Shown here: positions 9,047 to 20,893 of the stretch, piece after piece | How the letters are laid out: each line of letters begins with the position of its first letter | How positions within the stretch are numbered: the first letter of the stretch is position 1 | Assembly: GCF_009496005.1 (NCBI RefSeq) | Contig: NZ_WIBF01000002.1 | Location: 311,191-375,190, forward strand | Reading direction: 5' to 3' | Length of the DNA stretch: 64,000 nt | From: Tritonibacter litoralis | GTDB lineage: Bacteria; Pseudomonadota; Alphaproteobacteria; Rhodobacterales; Rhodobacteraceae | The notes under the pieces: generated by a model | Seen by the model: the letters and a program-made list of their open reading frames with translations, nothing else | What the model was told of the DNA's origin: nothing | Database searches by the model: none | Made by a program: the position numbers and the translations under genes

Positions 9047-12000
9047 TTACCCTTGCAGGCTTTTGACTTCCAGATCGTCTTCGGCCTGGGCCTGGATCGC
9101 ACGCGCCGCAGCATGGGCACCGGCGGCGGTGGTGAAATACGGGATCTTGCCATAAAGCGCGACCGACCGCATTTCCTTGCTGTCCTCAACCGCCTGCGCA
9201 CCTTCGGTGGTATTCATCAACAGCTGCACCTTGCCATCTTTGATCATGTCGACCACATGGGGGCGGCCCTCATAGACTTTGTTGACAACCGCACAAGGCA
9301 CACCCTGACCGTCCAGCCAGGATTGGGTGCCGCGTGTGGCCACCAGGTCAAAGCCCTGTGCCACAAGGATCTGCGCGGCCTCAATCATTTGCGGGGTTTT
9401 ATCCGCGTCCTTGATAGTGATGAAGGCTGTGCCAGACGAGGGCAGCACCATGCCTGCGCCCAGCTGCGCCTTGAGGAAGGCGCGGGCAAAGGAGCGATCC
9501 CAGCCCATCACTTCACCGGTCGAGCGCATCTCGGGGCCGAGGATGGTGTCAACACCAGGGAAACGGGCAAAGGGCATAACGGCTTCTTTGACCGAGAACC
9601 ACGGCATATCCGGGTCCGCCAGGCTCATCGGGTCGGCCATCGGAGTGTTCACGTCATAGCCCGCATCCGGCGCATAAGGCGCACGTTCCGGGAAGTTCGA
9701 CAGCGGCTCACCCGCCATCAGGCGCGCCGCAATCGACGCAATCGCGCTGTCGGTTGCCTTGGCCACAAAGGGCACGGTGCGCGACGCGCGTGGGTTCACT
9801 TCGATCAGATAGATCTCATCATCTTTGATCGCGAACTGGACGTTCATCAGACCCACCACATTCAGTGCCCGAGCCAGTTTAAAGGCCTGGTCCTTGATCT
9901 CGGCGATCAGCTCTTTGGACAGGGAATAAGGCGGCAGCGAACAGGCGGAGTCACCTGAGTGTACACCTGCCTCTTCGATGTGTTGCATGATGCCTGCAAC
10001 ATGCACGGCTTCGCCGTCACACAGCGCGTCCACATCCAGTTCAACCGCACCAGACAGATAGCTGTCCAGCAGCACAGGGCTGTCGCCAGAAACCACAACC
10101 GCCTCGGCAATATAGCGTTTCAACTGGTCCATATCGCGTACGATTTCCATCGCGCGCCCACCCAGAACATAAGACGGGCGGATCACCAGCGGGAAGCCGA
10201 TTTCTTCCGCGATTTCCAATGCTTGTGCGTCGGTGGAGGCGATACCGTTTTTCGGCTGCTTCAAGCCGAGCTCATTGACCAGCGCCTGGAAGCGCTCGCG
10301 GTCTTCGGCCAGGTCGATCGCATCCGGGCTGGTACCGAGGATCGGGATACCTTCGCTTTCCAGCGCATTGGCCAGCTTCAGCGGGGTCTGGCCACCGAAC
10401 TGAACGATCACACCGTGTAGGGTGCCGTTTTCCAGCTCGACACGAAGGATTTCCATCACGTGTTCAAAGGTCAGCGGCTCGAAATACAGACGGTCCGAGG
10501 TGTCATAGTCGGTCGACACGGTCTCGGGGTTGCAGTTGATCATGATGGTCTCATAACCAGCATCCGCCAGCGCGAAACAGGCGTGACAGCAGCAGTAATC
10601 AAATTCGATCCCCTGCCCGATCCGGTTTGGACCGCCGCCCAGAACAACAACCTTCTTACGCTCAGAGGGGCGTGCCTCGCACTCGACCTCTCCCATCATA
10701 GGCGCTTCATAGGTGGAGTACATGTAAGGCGTCTGCGCCTCAAACTCAGCCGCGCAGGTGTCGATGCGTTTGAACACAGCTTTAACGCCCAGGTTCAGAC
10801 GCGCACGGCGTACGTTGTCCTCGTCCCGGCCGGTCAGCGCACCAAGGCGCGCATCGGTGAAGCCGAGCATCTTGACAGCACGCAGCTCGTCTTCGCGCAC
10901 CGGCAAGCCGTTTTTACGGATGTCGCGTTCGGCATCGATGATCTCGCGGATCCGGGCCAGGAACCACGGATCAAAGCTGGTGACGCCTTGGATCTCATCA
11001 TCGGATAGGCCGTGACGCATCGCTTGGGCAATGGTACGCAGGCGATCAGGTGTTTGCTTGCTGATGGCTTTGACCACGGCCGCCTTGTCGTCAGCGGTCG
11101 CATCTTCCCACAGACCCACGGAAACACCTGGGATCTCAACCTCGTCAAAGCCGGTCAGGCCCGATTCCATCGATGCCAGCGCTTTTTGCATCGACTCATG
11201 GATGGTACGGCCAATGGACATGGCTTCACCCACCGATTTCATCGCCGTGGTCAGATAGGGTTCAGAGCCCGGGAATTTCTCAAACGCGAATTTTGGGATC
11301 TTGGTGACAACATAGTCGATCGAAGGCTCAAACGAGGCAGGCGTCACCTTGGTGATGTCATTGTCCAGCTCATCCAGCGTGTAACCAACAGCCAGTTTTG
11401 CGGCGATCTTGGCAATCGGGAAACCGGTCGCCTTGGACGCCAGCGCAGAAGACCGCGACACGCGCGGGTTCATCTCGATCACAACCATACGGCCGTCTTT
11501 TGGGTTCACCGCCCATTGCACATTGGAACCGCCGGTCTCAACACCGATCTCACGCAGAACCGCAATCGAGGCGGAGCGCATCATCTGGTATTCTTTGTCG
11601 GTCAGCGTCAGCGCAGGTGCCACGGTGATCGAGTCACCCGTGTGCACGCCCATCGGATCGACGTTTTCAATGGAACAGACGATGATCGCGTTGTCCGCTT
11701 TGTCGCGAACCACTTCCATCTCGTATTCTTTCCAGCCCAAGAGGCTTTCATCCACCAGAATCTGGTTCACGGGCGATGCATCCATGCCCGAGCGGCAGTA
11801 ATGGATATAGTCTTCGCGGTTGTAAGCCACGCCACCGCCGGTGCCACCCAGGGTAAATGCCGGGCGGATAATTGCAGGAAGACCAATGTCATCCAGCGCG
11901 TCCAGCGCGATTTGCACACCTGCTTCCAAATCAGCGTCACCGCCGTCGGTTGTCGGTGCGGTCACGATTGTGGCGCGCGGGTTTTCAAGGCCAAGACGGT

Positions 12001-12409
12001 CCATGGCTTCGCGGAACAGCTTGCGGTCTTCGGCCATCTCAATGGCGTCGCGCTTGGCGCCGATCATCTCAACACCGAATTTCTCCAGCACACCCATCTC
12101 TTCCAGAGCCAGCGAGGTGTTCAGACCGGTCTGCCCGCCCATGGTCGGCAAAAGCGCATCGGGGCGCTCTTTCTCGATGATCTTGGCGACGACCTCGGGT
12201 GTGATCGGTTCAATATAGGTCGCATCCGCCAGACCCGGATCGGTCATAATGGTCGCTGGGTTCGAGTTCACCAGTACAACCCGATACCCTTCTTCGCGCA
12301 GGGCTTTACAGGCCTGAGCCCCGGAATAGTCGAATTCGCAGGCCTGACCAATCACAATGGGGCCTGCCCCGATGATCATGATCGACTGGATGTCCGTTCT
12401 CTTTGGCAT
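9047..12409 (-). CDS. carB: carbamoyl-phosphate synthase large subunit
   Basis: 1120-aa protein with duplicated ATP-grasp halves. N-terminus [30 protein letters not shown] is canonical CarB. Confidence 0.95.
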   Translation of the reverse strand: MPKRTDIQSIMIIGAGPIVIGQACEFDYSGAQACKALREEGYRVVLVNSNPATIMTDPGLADATYIEPITPEVVAKIIEKERPDALLPTMGGQTGLNTSLALEEMGVLEKFGVEMIGAKRDAIEMAEDRKLFREAMDRLGLENPRATIVTAPTTDGGDADLEAGVQIALDALDDIGLPAIIRPAFTLGGTGGGVAYNREDYIHYCRSGMDASPVNQILVDESLLGWKEYEMEVVRDKADNAIIVCSIENVDPMGVHTGDSITVAPALTLTDKEYQMMRSASIAVLREIGVETGGSNVQWAVNPKDGRMVVIEMNPRVSRSSALASKATGFPIAKIAAKLAVGYTLDELDNDITKVTPASFEPSIDYVVTKIPKFAFEKFPGSEPYLTTAMKSVGEAMSIGRTIHESMQKALASMESGLTGFDEVEIPGVSVGLWEDATADDKAAVVKAISKQTPDRLRTIAQAMRHGLSDDEIQGVTSFDPWFLARIREIIDAERDIRKNGLPVREDELRAVKMLGFTDARLGALTGRDEDNVRRARLNLGVKAVFKRIDTCAAEFEAQTPYMYSTYEAPMMGEVECEARPSERKKVVVLGGGPNRIGQGIEFDYCCCHACFALADAGYETIMINCNPETVSTDYDTSDRLYFEPLTFEHVMEILRVELENGTLHGVIVQFGGQTPLKLANALESEGIPILGTSPDAIDLAEDRERFQALVNELGLKQPKNGIASTDAQALEIAEEIGFPLVIRPSYVLGGRAMEIVRDMDQLKRYIAEAVVVSGDSPVLLDSYLSGAVELDVDALCDGEAVHVAGIMQHIEEAGVHSGDSACSLPPYSLSKELIAEIKDQAFKLARALNVVGLMNVQFAIKDDEIYLIEVNPRASRTVPFVAKATDSAIASIAARLMAGEPLSNFPERAPYAPDAGYDVNTPMADPMSLADPDMPWFSVKEAVMPFARFPGVDTILGPEMRSTGEVMGWDRSFARAFLKAQLGAGMVLPSSGTAFITIKDADKTPQMIEAAQILVAQGFDLVATRGTQSWLDGQGVPCAVVNKVYEGRPHVVDMIKDGKVQLLMNTTEGAQAVEDSKEMRSVALYGKIPYFTTAAGAHAAARAIQAQAEDDLEVKSLQG

Positions 12410-12619
12410 TGCCTATAACCCTTCGATGTTCCGCGCGCTGATATACGAGTCGGACGCAGCACCATGCGCCCAAATTGTCCTGCGTTATAGGGGTCGGCGC
12501 GAAAGGTTCAAGGGGGGGCGTGCGGTTTCTTCACGGTAGGGTACAGTATCGTTTTGAGCAAAGGGTGCGTCGCATTCTTTGCCTTTTCCCGCCGCGCAAT
12601 TCACTATATCGGCTTCTCA

Positions 12620-13774
12620 ATGAGAAAGCGTTGCGACATGAAACTGCGGTTTGACAGCGGACCATTGGGCCAAGGCAGCCTCTTTGAGGCGCCAAGGGAC
12701 GTGTTCTGTGCCTGGTCCCCGGATGAAGTATGGGATGTCTTGGCCGCACTGGACCACGCCCGACAAGCCGGGAAATGGGTTGCCGGGTATGCAAGCTATG
12801 AGCTGGGCTATGTGCTGGAGCCAAAGCTCGGCCGCCGCCTGCCTCCCAAGCGCGCGCTGCCGCTGTTGCGCTTTGGTGCATATGACGCTCCGCGCGCGCC
12901 TGCGCCCTTACCGTCTGCCGCCCCGGCCATGTCGCCGCTGATGCCGCGCTGGGACCAGGACCGTTACACGCAGGCGTTCTCCGTGGTGAAAGACATGATC
13001 GGGCGCGGCGATATCTATCAGGCCAATCTAACATTCCCCATCGATTGCACCGCCCCAGAAGATGCATCGGCCATCTACGGCGCATTGGTCGCACAACAGC
13101 CTGTACATCACGGGGTTCTGGTCGAGCAGGCGGAACTGCCCACGCTTCTGTCCCGCTCACCTGAGTTATTTTTCAAAACCTTCGCAGATGGGCGCATCCA
13201 GACCCGTCCCATGAAAGGCACGCAACCCCGCAGCGCAGATGATCAGGAAGACGCGCGGCGCAAGGCATTCTTGACGGCCGACGAAAAGAACCGCGCCGAA
13301 AACCTGATGATCGTCGACCTTCTGCGCAATGACATTTCGCGCGTTGCGCAACCGGGAACTGTCTCTGTCCCAGAATTGTTCCATGTCGAAAGCTACGCAA
13401 CCGTCCACCAGATGGTTTCAACGGTTGAAGCCCAATTGCAACCTGGCGTGGGCCTTCGCGACATCTTTGCCGCCTTGTACCCTTGCGGATCGATCACGGG
13501 CGCGCCAAAGATCCGCGCGATGGAGGTTCTGGCGGAACTGGAACCCTGGCCGCGCGAAATTTATTGTGGGACCATTGGCTGGGCCGCCCCCGATGGCCGG
13601 TCCGAGTTCAACGTCGCCATCCGCACCCTGATGATGAACGAAGGGCGCGCCACCTTGAACGTTGGCGGCGGCGTGGTCTGGGACAGCACCGCCGCATCGG
13701 AATATGAGGAAGCCCTATGGAAAGCCCGCTTCGCGGACCTAAGCACCACATCCCGGACCCAGAATTCCAACTGA
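12620..13774 (+). CDS. pabB: aminodeoxychorismate synthase component I (anthranilate-synthase-component-I family)
   Basis: Chorismate-binding C-terminal domain (PCGSITGAPKIRAMEVLAELEPWPREIYCGTIGW). The adjacent pabC-like gene supports PabB over TrpE. Start 12620 or 12638. Confidence 0.65.
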   Translation: MRKRCDMKLRFDSGPLGQGSLFEAPRDVFCAWSPDEVWDVLAALDHARQAGKWVAGYASYELGYVLEPKLGRRLPPKRALPLLRFGAYDAPRAPAPLPSAAPAMSPLMPRWDQDRYTQAFSVVKDMIGRGDIYQANLTFPIDCTAPEDASAIYGALVAQQPVHHGVLVEQAELPTLLSRSPELFFKTFADGRIQTRPMKGTQPRSADDQEDARRKAFLTADEKNRAENLMIVDLLRNDISRVAQPGTVSVPELFHVESYATVHQMVSTVEAQLQPGVGLRDIFAALYPCGSITGAPKIRAMEVLAELEPWPREIYCGTIGWAAPDGRSEFNVAIRTLMMNEGRATLNVGGGVVWDSTAASEYEEALWKARFADLSTTSRTQNSN

Positions 13775-14394
13775 TCGAAACCTTTGGGTTTTATCCAGAC
13801 ACAGGCGTGCCCCATCCCCATTTGCACATGGCACGGCTGGCCAATTCCGCGCGTCATTTTGGGATCACCTTTGATCCACAGGGCTTCACAACCCTCTTGG
13901 CGGAGCTGACTTCAGAAACACCCCTCAGATGCAGAATGACCTTGGCACAAGACGGCACACTGTCGATGACAACGGCAAGCTTGCCGGAATCGGCAGCTGT
14001 TTGGACTTTTACAATTGCCGAAACACGGCTTTCCTCCGGCGATCCATACTTGCGCCATAAGACAACACGGCGCGCCCTATACGACCAATACCGGCGTGAT
14101 TTGCCAGACAGCGTGGATGAGGTGCTTTTCTTGAACGAAAAAGAGGAGCTTTGTGAAGGCACGATCACAAATCTTTTGATCGAAACTCCGGCGGGTGACT
14201 GGCTGACGCCTCCCCTTGCATCGGGATGTCTGCCGGGGATTGGCCGTCAAAAGCTGCTGGACATGCAGAACGTCACCGAACGGGTTTTGCATCTTGCGGA
14301 TCTGCGCACCGCCCGACGCGTCCGTTTTGTGAATGCCCTGCGCGGAGAAATTCCGGCCCAATGGTCTGCGGAATGTCACATGCAAAATTCATAA
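13717..14394 (+). CDS. pabC: aminodeoxychorismate lyase (class IV aminotransferase fold)
   Basis: Class-IV-like core (VDEVLFLNEKEELCEGTITNLLIE) immediately after pabB. The modelled start overlaps pabB by 58 nt, so a later start is possible. Confidence 0.5.
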   Translation: MESPLRGPKHHIPDPEFQLIETFGFYPDTGVPHPHLHMARLANSARHFGITFDPQGFTTLLAELTSETPLRCRMTLAQDGTLSMTTASLPESAAVWTFTIAETRLSSGDPYLRHKTTRRALYDQYRRDLPDSVDEVLFLNEKEELCEGTITNLLIETPAGDWLTPPLASGCLPGIGRQKLLDMQNVTERVLHLADLRTARRVRFVNALRGEIPAQWSAECHMQNS

Positions 14395-14710
14395 CGGGTT
14401 AAACCACAAGGCTCTCGTGGTCCCGACCTGCAGACACCCTCAGCCAGATTGCGCAACCGCGCCGCGCCCAAAGGGGGCGGCGCCCGGCCCAAGGCTGCGG
14501 ACCGCAGTGCATCGCACTGGGGCGCAAAGACGCGGGAGCGCTGCGCCTTTCAAAACCGAATAGGTTAGCCAAATAGGTTGGAGGACCAAGCTGAGGGATC
14601 AAACAAACCGTTACGGAATTTTACGTTTTGTCATGCGACATTACCTCTAAAATGGAATATCTCAACCCCACATGTAAAACTTCATTGTCCAAGGCCTCGA
14701 TCCAAGCTCC

Positions 14711-15352
14711 ATGACCATCAAACAACGCCTGCGGCTTGAATTTGCCTTGTTTTATCTGGTGTCTCCGGCCCTCATCGCCCTGTTTCTGCCCCCAACACAG
14801 ATGTTTCCGGCGCTGTTTGCCTTTACCGGTCTTGGCCTGCTGCTTCTGGCGCTTACCCCCCGCTTTCACTGGTCGCGTCTCCTGGATGGAGCCCGCAGTT
14901 GGCAGCTCCGTGAGTTCCTTGCCTTCACCTTTTTTTGCCTCACAAGCTTCACGGCGCTCATCTATCTGCTGCGTCCAGAATCCGCATTTCTGCTGGTACG
15001 CGAACGCCCCGAGCTGTTGGGGATGATCTGGCTGTTTTACCCGCTGGTCTCCGCCCTCCCCCAAGAGTTGTTGTTCCGGGTGCTGTTCTTTCGGCGCTAT
15101 CGGGCCATCCTGCCCCGTGGCGCGCAGGCAAATCTGCTGAACGCGGCCGTCTTCTCCCTTGCGCATTTGATGTATTGGAGCTGGGTGGTCGCCCTGATCA
15201 CTTTTGCAGGCAGTTTTGTCTTCTCTCATGCCTATCGTGTGCGGGGCTCTTTCTTTTATACGGTGTTGTTGCACGCCATTGCCGGGAACCTTCTTTTTAC
15301 GGTTGGAATGGGTGCCTATTTCTATTCCGGCAATGTTGTTCGACCTTTTTGA
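14711..15352 (+). CDS. CPBP family intramembrane glutamic endopeptidase (CAAX-protease-like)
   Basis: Polytopic membrane protein with EELLFR and FSLAH motifs and a conserved His, as in the CPBP family. Confidence 0.65.
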   Translation: MTIKQRLRLEFALFYLVSPALIALFLPPTQMFPALFAFTGLGLLLLALTPRFHWSRLLDGARSWQLREFLAFTFFCLTSFTALIYLLRPESAFLLVRERPELLGMIWLFYPLVSALPQELLFRVLFFRRYRAILPRGAQANLLNAAVFSLAHLMYWSWVVALITFAGSFVFSHAYRVRGSFFYTVLLHAIAGNLLFTVGMGAYFYSGNVVRPF

Positions 15353-15449
15353 GGCGAATGCGCTCTGCGGGCTGTGCACTCCCTTGACTTTACCGCTCAG
15401 GCACGCTTTCTCACCGCGACCATAGATGCCGTCCAAAGGGATGATGACC

Positions 15450-17249
15450 ATGCACGCATATCGCAGCCACACCTGCGCCGACCTGAACAAATCCCATGTG
15501 GGAGAAACCGTCCGTCTGGCGGGCTGGGTCCACCGGATCCGAGATCACGGCGGGGTTCTGTTTGTCGATTTGCGCGACCATTATGGCATGACCCAGGTTC
15601 TGTGTGACCCGGATAGCCCGGTGTTCAGCCAGATGGAAAAAGTTCGTTCCGAATGGTGTATCCGTATCGACGGAAACGTGAAGGCGCGCGAAGAGAGCCT
15701 GGTAAACGCCAAGATCCCGACGGGTGAGATCGAAGTTTTTGTGCGCGACCTTGAGGTTCTGGGTCAATCCGAAGAACTGCCCTTGATGGTGTTTGGCGAT
15801 CAGGAATACCCGGAAGAGACACGCCTGCGCTATCGCTACCTCGACCTGCGTCGCGAGAAGATGCAGAACAACATGGTGCTGCGCTCCAATATGATCCAGT
15901 CGATCCGCAAGCGCATGTGGGACAAGGGCTTCAACGAATACCAGACCCCGATCATCACCGCATCCAGCCCCGAAGGTGCGCGTGACTTCCTCGTGCCCTC
16001 CCGTCTGCATCCGGGCAAATTCTACGCCCTGCCCCAGGCCCCCCAGCAGTTCAAACAGCTGATGATGGTATCGGGCTTTGACAAATACTTCCAGATCGCG
16101 CCTTGTTTCCGCGATGAGGACCCGCGCGCCGACCGATCGCCGACCGATTTCTACCAGCTCGACATAGAAATGTCCTTTGTCACCCAGCAGGATGTCTTTG
16201 ACACTATCGCTCCGGTGATTGCAGGCGTGTTTGAAGAGTTCGGCAAAGGCCGCAAGGTCGACGCCGCCGAGGATTGGCCGCAGATCTCCTACAAGGATGC
16301 TGCCAAATGGTATGGCTCTGACAAACCCGACCTGCGCAACCCGATCAAGATGCAGGATTGCTCCGAACATTTCCGCGGCTCCGGTTTTGCGATCTTTGCC
16401 AAACTGCTGGAGCAAGACGGCACCGAAGTGCGCGCCATCCCAGCGCCCAAAGGTGGAAGCCGCAAGTTCTGCGACCGTATGAACAAATTCGCCCAACAAG
16501 AAGGCCTGCCCGGCATGGGCTATATCTTCTGGCGCGACCAAGGCAACGGCATGGAAGCGGCAGGCCCGCTGGCAAAAAACATCGGCCCCGAGCGGACCGA
16601 AGCAATCCGCCAGCAGCTGGGACTTGAGGTCGGTGATGCGGCGTTCTTCCTGGGCGGCAAACCTAAAGCGTTTGAAGCCATCGCAGGCCGCGCCCGTAAC
16701 GTTATCTGGGAAGAAACGCCCAAAGCACCGGAAGACGAAAACTGGCGCGACCGCTTTGCCTTTGCCTGGATCGTGGATTTCCCGATCTACGAGAAGGACG
16801 AGGAAACCGGCAAGATCGACTTTGAACACAACCCATTCTCCATGCCCCAAGGTGGTATGGATGCGCTGAACGGCGATCCGCTGGACGTGCGCGGCAACCA
16901 GTATGACCTGGCCTGTAACGGTTACGAGCTGGTGTCCGGCGCAATCCGGAACCACCGCCCGGAAATCATGTTCAAAGCCTTTGAAATCGCAGGCTACGGC
17001 AAAGACGAAGTTGAAAAACGCTTTGGCGGCATGGTCAACGCCTTCCAATACGGCGCCCCACCCCACGGTGGTTGTGCGGCAGGTATCGACCGGATGGTGA
17101 TGCTGCTGGCAGATGAGGCCAACATCCGCGAGGTCATCATGTTCCCGATGAACCAACGCGCCGAAGACCTGATGATGTCCGCGCCAAGCGAGCCGCTGGC
17201 AGAACAACTGATGGAATTGAACCTCCGCGTGATCCCGCAGGATCAATAA
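15450..17249 (+). CDS. aspS: aspartate--tRNA ligase
   Basis: Colinear with bacterial AspS ([28 protein letters not shown]). Start is one of the ATGs at 15441-15450. Confidence 0.9.
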   Translation: MHAYRSHTCADLNKSHVGETVRLAGWVHRIRDHGGVLFVDLRDHYGMTQVLCDPDSPVFSQMEKVRSEWCIRIDGNVKAREESLVNAKIPTGEIEVFVRDLEVLGQSEELPLMVFGDQEYPEETRLRYRYLDLRREKMQNNMVLRSNMIQSIRKRMWDKGFNEYQTPIITASSPEGARDFLVPSRLHPGKFYALPQAPQQFKQLMMVSGFDKYFQIAPCFRDEDPRADRSPTDFYQLDIEMSFVTQQDVFDTIAPVIAGVFEEFGKGRKVDAAEDWPQISYKDAAKWYGSDKPDLRNPIKMQDCSEHFRGSGFAIFAKLLEQDGTEVRAIPAPKGGSRKFCDRMNKFAQQEGLPGMGYIFWRDQGNGMEAAGPLAKNIGPERTEAIRQQLGLEVGDAAFFLGGKPKAFEAIAGRARNVIWEETPKAPEDENWRDRFAFAWIVDFPIYEKDEETGKIDFEHNPFSMPQGGMDALNGDPLDVRGNQYDLACNGYELVSGAIRNHRPEIMFKAFEIAGYGKDEVEKRFGGMVNAFQYGAPPHGGCAAGIDRMVMLLADEANIREVIMFPMNQRAEDLMMSAPSEPLAEQLMELNLRVIPQDQ

Positions 17250-17274
17250 AGCCGGATTTTGATGCCTGTGAAAC

Positions 17275-17303
17275 GACAAGGGCCGCCCATTGGGCGGCCT
17301 TAC
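17275..17303 (+). terminator. intrinsic terminator after aspS
   Basis: aagggccgccc-att-gggcggcctt hairpin. Confidence 0.4.
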
Positions 17304-17497
17304 TTGTTGTAACTCAAAGGTCGCGTCGCTCGGTCCGCATGAGGCTTCGTCATTACGCCTACGGGTCCTGCGCTAACGCCGCAACGGCACCCGTGTCATT
17401 TTCCTGCCCCGCCGCAATTCACGCGAAAACGCAACAGCCTGGGCAGACAAGGCAATGCCCAAGGTCGCAAATACCACCAAAAACACCTCGACCATGA

Positions 17498-18217
17498 TCA
17501 GATCGCGACCCGTTTTTCCAAGCGATCTTGAACCAAGCCGGCCATGGCCGCGGTGGCCGCACCTAGGGGCTGACCCGCGGCCCGCGCTGTCACAACACCT
17601 TGCGCAGCGTCTGCCAACGGCCCATCGCCGATGCTGCGTGCAACACCGCCAACAAACTGTGCCACATAATCCAGGTTCTTGGCATCTTCGCCTTCGCTCA
17701 GAATGTCTGCCGCATGCGCCAGATCATCCTGGAAGGCCAGCATATCGGGCTCAATCGCTTCGTCAGACAAGGCGGCAGGGCGACGTTGTTGCCAATCCGC
17801 AGGCAAGTATTTCAGAACCGCGCCCTGAAATTCACCCAGGGTCGAAATCGGTTTTTGCAGGAAACCATCCGCGCCGGCATCTATCGCCTCTTGCTCGCGA
17901 CCCAGATCGCCCGAGGTGCCAAGAACAACACCCACGCGCGGGTTGGAGTTGGCGCATTCAGCAATCAGTTCCGTGCCACTGCCATCCGGCAGACCCAGAT
18001 CGATGATCACCGCAGAGGGTCGATAGGCCTGCAGGTGGCGGCGTGCAGACTTCAGGCAGTCCGCTCTCCGGATCCGCGCCCCGCTTCGCAAACACATCAG
18101 GCGCATCGCTTCGCAGGCAAATCGGCTGTCTTCCACAACCAAAACGGTCAAACCCAGCAGCGGCCGACGTGCGGTCGGCAGGCGTTGGGCGGCGGCAAAG
18201 AGTTCCAAATCTTCCAT
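17498..18217 (-). CDS. orphan response regulator (REC domain plus ~110-aa C-terminal domain of unknown function)
   Basis: VVEDS, IIDLGLPDGSG and FLQKP receiver motifs. No histidine kinase gene adjacent. Confidence 0.6.
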   Translation of the reverse strand: MEDLELFAAAQRLPTARRPLLGLTVLVVEDSRFACEAMRLMCLRSGARIRRADCLKSARRHLQAYRPSAVIIDLGLPDGSGTELIAECANSNPRVGVVLGTSGDLGREQEAIDAGADGFLQKPISTLGEFQGAVLKYLPADWQQRRPAALSDEAIEPDMLAFQDDLAHAADILSEGEDAKNLDYVAQFVGGVARSIGDGPLADAAQGVVTARAAGQPLGAATAAMAGLVQDRLEKRVAI

Positions 18218-18405
18218 AGCTTTACATGCTCCAGGTCGAATGTGTTCCGAATCGAGGCTAGGGAAACGAGGCTAATTAGAAGTTAACCGCCGCTCTATTT
18301 TCACGTTTGGTTACCATCTTTGGCGCATGAGCTTTGTGTCGCACTTGTTTTGCTGCGATGCGGCGCGCATAAACAGGCCACTTAAAACGACAGGTGGAGG
18401 ATAAA

Positions 18406-18810
18406 ATGATTGGACGATTGAACCACGTGGCCATTGCGGTTCCGGATTTGGAAGCCGCTGCAGATCAATACCGCAACGCGCTGGGAGCCAATGTGGGCGC
18501 GCCACAGGACGAACCCGATCACGGGGTGACGGTGATCTTTATTGAACTGCCCAACACCAAGATCGAGCTGTTGTACCCGCTGGGTGAAAACTCTCCGATC
18601 AATGGGTTCCTTGAGAAAAACCCAGCCGGTGGCATTCATCACGTTTGCTATGAAGTCGAAGATATTCTGGCCGCGCGGGACCACCTGAAAGAGCAAGGCG
18701 CGCGGGTGCTGGGCTCGGGAGAACCCAAGATCGGCGCCCATGGCAAACCGGTTTTGTTTCTGCACCCAAAAGACTTTAACGGCTGTCTGGTTGAGCTGGA
18801 AGAAGTGTGA
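18406..18810 (+). CDS. mce: methylmalonyl-CoA epimerase
   Basis: VOC/glyoxalase-fold protein MIGRLNHVAIAVPDLEAA...HHVCYEVEDI. GGAGG Shine-Dalgarno 7 nt upstream of the ATG at 18406. Confidence 0.75.
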   Translation: MIGRLNHVAIAVPDLEAAADQYRNALGANVGAPQDEPDHGVTVIFIELPNTKIELLYPLGENSPINGFLEKNPAGGIHHVCYEVEDILAARDHLKEQGARVLGSGEPKIGAHGKPVLFLHPKDFNGCLVELEEV

Positions 18811-18886
18811 CAGGATGTAATCGCCGCCTTGGCCGCCGGGCATATCCCGACGCAGGGCGGCTTTGCTTGTGCTTATGGAGGGTAAA

Positions 18887-19162
18887 ATGGGAATAACATC
18901 CGGTCTGGTTCTTTATGCGGTGATCTGGTTCATGACCTTCTTGATCGTCCTGCCGATCCGGGTGGTGACCCAAGGGGATCGTGGCGAAATCGTTCCCGGC
19001 ACCCATGCAGGCGCACCTGAGCAGCACCACTTGAAGGCGAAAGCGTTGATTACCACCGGCGTCGCAGCCCTGTTGTGGGCCATCATCGCCGGGATCATCC
19101 TGTCCGGGGTGATCACAGTAAATGACTTTGACTGGTTCGACCGGCTGCCCGATCCACAGTAA
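18887..19162 (+). CDS. DUF1467 family membrane protein
   Basis: Two-TM small protein directly after mce. This pairing is conserved in alphaproteobacteria, from memory. Confidence 0.55.
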   Translation: MGITSGLVLYAVIWFMTFLIVLPIRVVTQGDRGEIVPGTHAGAPEQHHLKAKALITTGVAALLWAIIAGIILSGVITVNDFDWFDRLPDPQ

Positions 19163-19429
19163 GCATCAGGCTGCTGAATTCACCGTTTTTATGGGGAATT
19201 TTGTGTTTTGGGGTGGCGGCCCTGCTGGAGAAGGGCCGCCGTGCGAGTGTGAGGGCGCTGGGAATGAGCGCAAATCGCGCCCTCGCATCGTCAGGCTATG
19301 GCCTGTTTCTCCGGTTTGCCTAGTAAAACCGCTAATAAACGGAAAAACTTGTGGCCAGATGCCCGGTATATGTGCATTTCCCTGCTACAGGCCTGTTTTC
19401 AACGCCAAACGTCAGAGCCCTTTGACAGG

Positions 19430-20131
19430 TCAAACCGTGGCGACCCTGCTGTTCAAACGGTGAAAGATATGGGTAAAGGTCGCGGCTCCTAGAATGGGCA
19501 CAAACAGGTTGACCAATGGCACCGACAGCGGAATGGCCATCAGCCCGCCAGCCAGCCAAACTGTTCCCGCATGCTGAGCGCGTAAGGCGCGCGCGGCCTC
19601 CATTCCGATCCGGCGTGCCGCCACCAAGGTGAAATATTCCCGCCCCAGCAAAAAGCCATTCAGACCCCAAAAGATAAACGGTGCAGCCGGTGCAAAAATC
19701 AGATACAGCACCAAGGCCAGAATATTTGCCAGGATCAACACGCCCAGGAAATTCACGGTATCCTTCAGAGCCGTCAGAAACGGCACGGAAGCTGCGGCTG
19801 GCAAATGCGGGTAATGGCGATCCTCCACCGCTTGGGCCACATCCTCAAGAAACATGGAGGTGATGGCCGATGCAACGGGCACCATCAACACAGTCGACAA
19901 CAGCAGCATCAAAACGATCGAGCCCCAGGACACAAGATCATCCACCCAGGCCACCTGCCCGATCAGCGGCAAGGTTGTTTCGGCTCCGACCAAACTGTTG
20001 ATGCCTGCATAGACCAGCGCATAAGCACCAAACAGCAACGCAATCGTCAGCCCGATGCCTTTGAACAGCACATGGCGAAACCGCGGATCCCCGCATTGGG
20101 CAAGTGCTTTGAAAAACGAGTCAATAATCAT
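19430..20131 (-). CDS. EI24/CysZ-like polytopic membrane protein
   Basis: Translation from MIIDSFFKALAQCGDPRFRHVLFKG with multiple TM helices. ATG at 20129-20131; the ORF-track extension to 20350 has no supporting features. Confidence 0.5.
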   Translation of the reverse strand: MIIDSFFKALAQCGDPRFRHVLFKGIGLTIALLFGAYALVYAGINSLVGAETTLPLIGQVAWVDDLVSWGSIVLMLLLSTVLMVPVASAITSMFLEDVAQAVEDRHYPHLPAAASVPFLTALKDTVNFLGVLILANILALVLYLIFAPAAPFIFWGLNGFLLGREYFTLVAARRIGMEAARALRAQHAGTVWLAGGLMAIPLSVPLVNLFVPILGAATFTHIFHRLNSRVATV

Positions 20132-20150
20132 CGTGGGGCCCTGAAACTGG

Positions 20151-20729
20151 TTACTCTGACACCCAGGTCGTGATCTCGGCAAGATCTGGACGCGGGCGTT
20201 CCGGCGGGCGCGGACCTTCGGTGGCGATGTGGACGATACCGGCAATCCGCTCATTGTCTTTGAGGTCAAAAGCCATCTCGCCAAAGGTGCGATCATGGCT
20301 GGCCCAGCCCGACAACCAATTGGCGCCCCACCCAGATGCAAGCGCTGCATTCAAAAGCGACAGACACGCCGCACCTGCGGCATAGGTCTGTTCGATGGCT
20401 GGGATTTTTGGAGAGGGCGTTTGAACCTCGACAACCACAACGGCCAGATGGCCCAGATCAAACTGGCTGCGTCCTTTGGCGATATCTTCCTCAGACTTGC
20501 CCAGCCGCTGCCCCGTCTCGACAGTCAAATCGGCCAGACGCGCCATGGCTGGCTGCTCCACCACAATGAACCGCCAGGGCACCAGCATGCCGTGATCCGG
20601 TGTCCGCGCTGCCGCTGTCAGGATCGGCTCCAATTCAGCCCGTGTGGGCGCAGGCGCTACCAAAGTCTTGGCCGGGCGCGAACGTCGCGACAAAAGGAAT
20701 TCAAGTGCGGCGTCATTGCGTAAGCTCAT
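20151..20729 (-). CDS. nitroreductase family protein
   Basis: LSRRSRP N-terminal motif and overall NfsB/nitroreductase-fold resemblance. Confidence 0.65.
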   Translation of the reverse strand: MSLRNDAALEFLLSRRSRPAKTLVAPAPTRAELEPILTAAARTPDHGMLVPWRFIVVEQPAMARLADLTVETGQRLGKSEEDIAKGRSQFDLGHLAVVVVEVQTPSPKIPAIEQTYAAGAACLSLLNAALASGWGANWLSGWASHDRTFGEMAFDLKDNERIAGIVHIATEGPRPPERPRPDLAEITTWVSE

Positions 20730-20893
20730 ATGTGAAACCTCTTTACATGGGCGCTTTTTATGTCTGATGTCCCACAGGGAAATTCAAGGGAAAAGCGTGG
20801 ATAAACCGATTGCAGCCGGGTTGCTGCCTGCCCAAGCCAGGTGATTTAAACAAAGTGACCCCAATCGCACCCGTACTGAACGATAGGCATTAC

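Noticed and set aside
9053-12418. Large plus-strand ORFs (9053-9958, 9959-10420, 10460-11008, 11012-12418) antisense to carB
   Set aside because: They lie entirely inside the strongly conserved carB coding region. This is typical high-GC antisense ORF noise.
14621-15490. 289-aa minus-strand ORF overlapping the CPBP protease gene
   Set aside because: Low-complexity Gly/Lys/Gln-rich translation opposite a gene with clear family motifs.
15411-17279. 622-aa minus-strand ORF covering aspS
   Set aside because: Antisense to aspS. No recognisable features.
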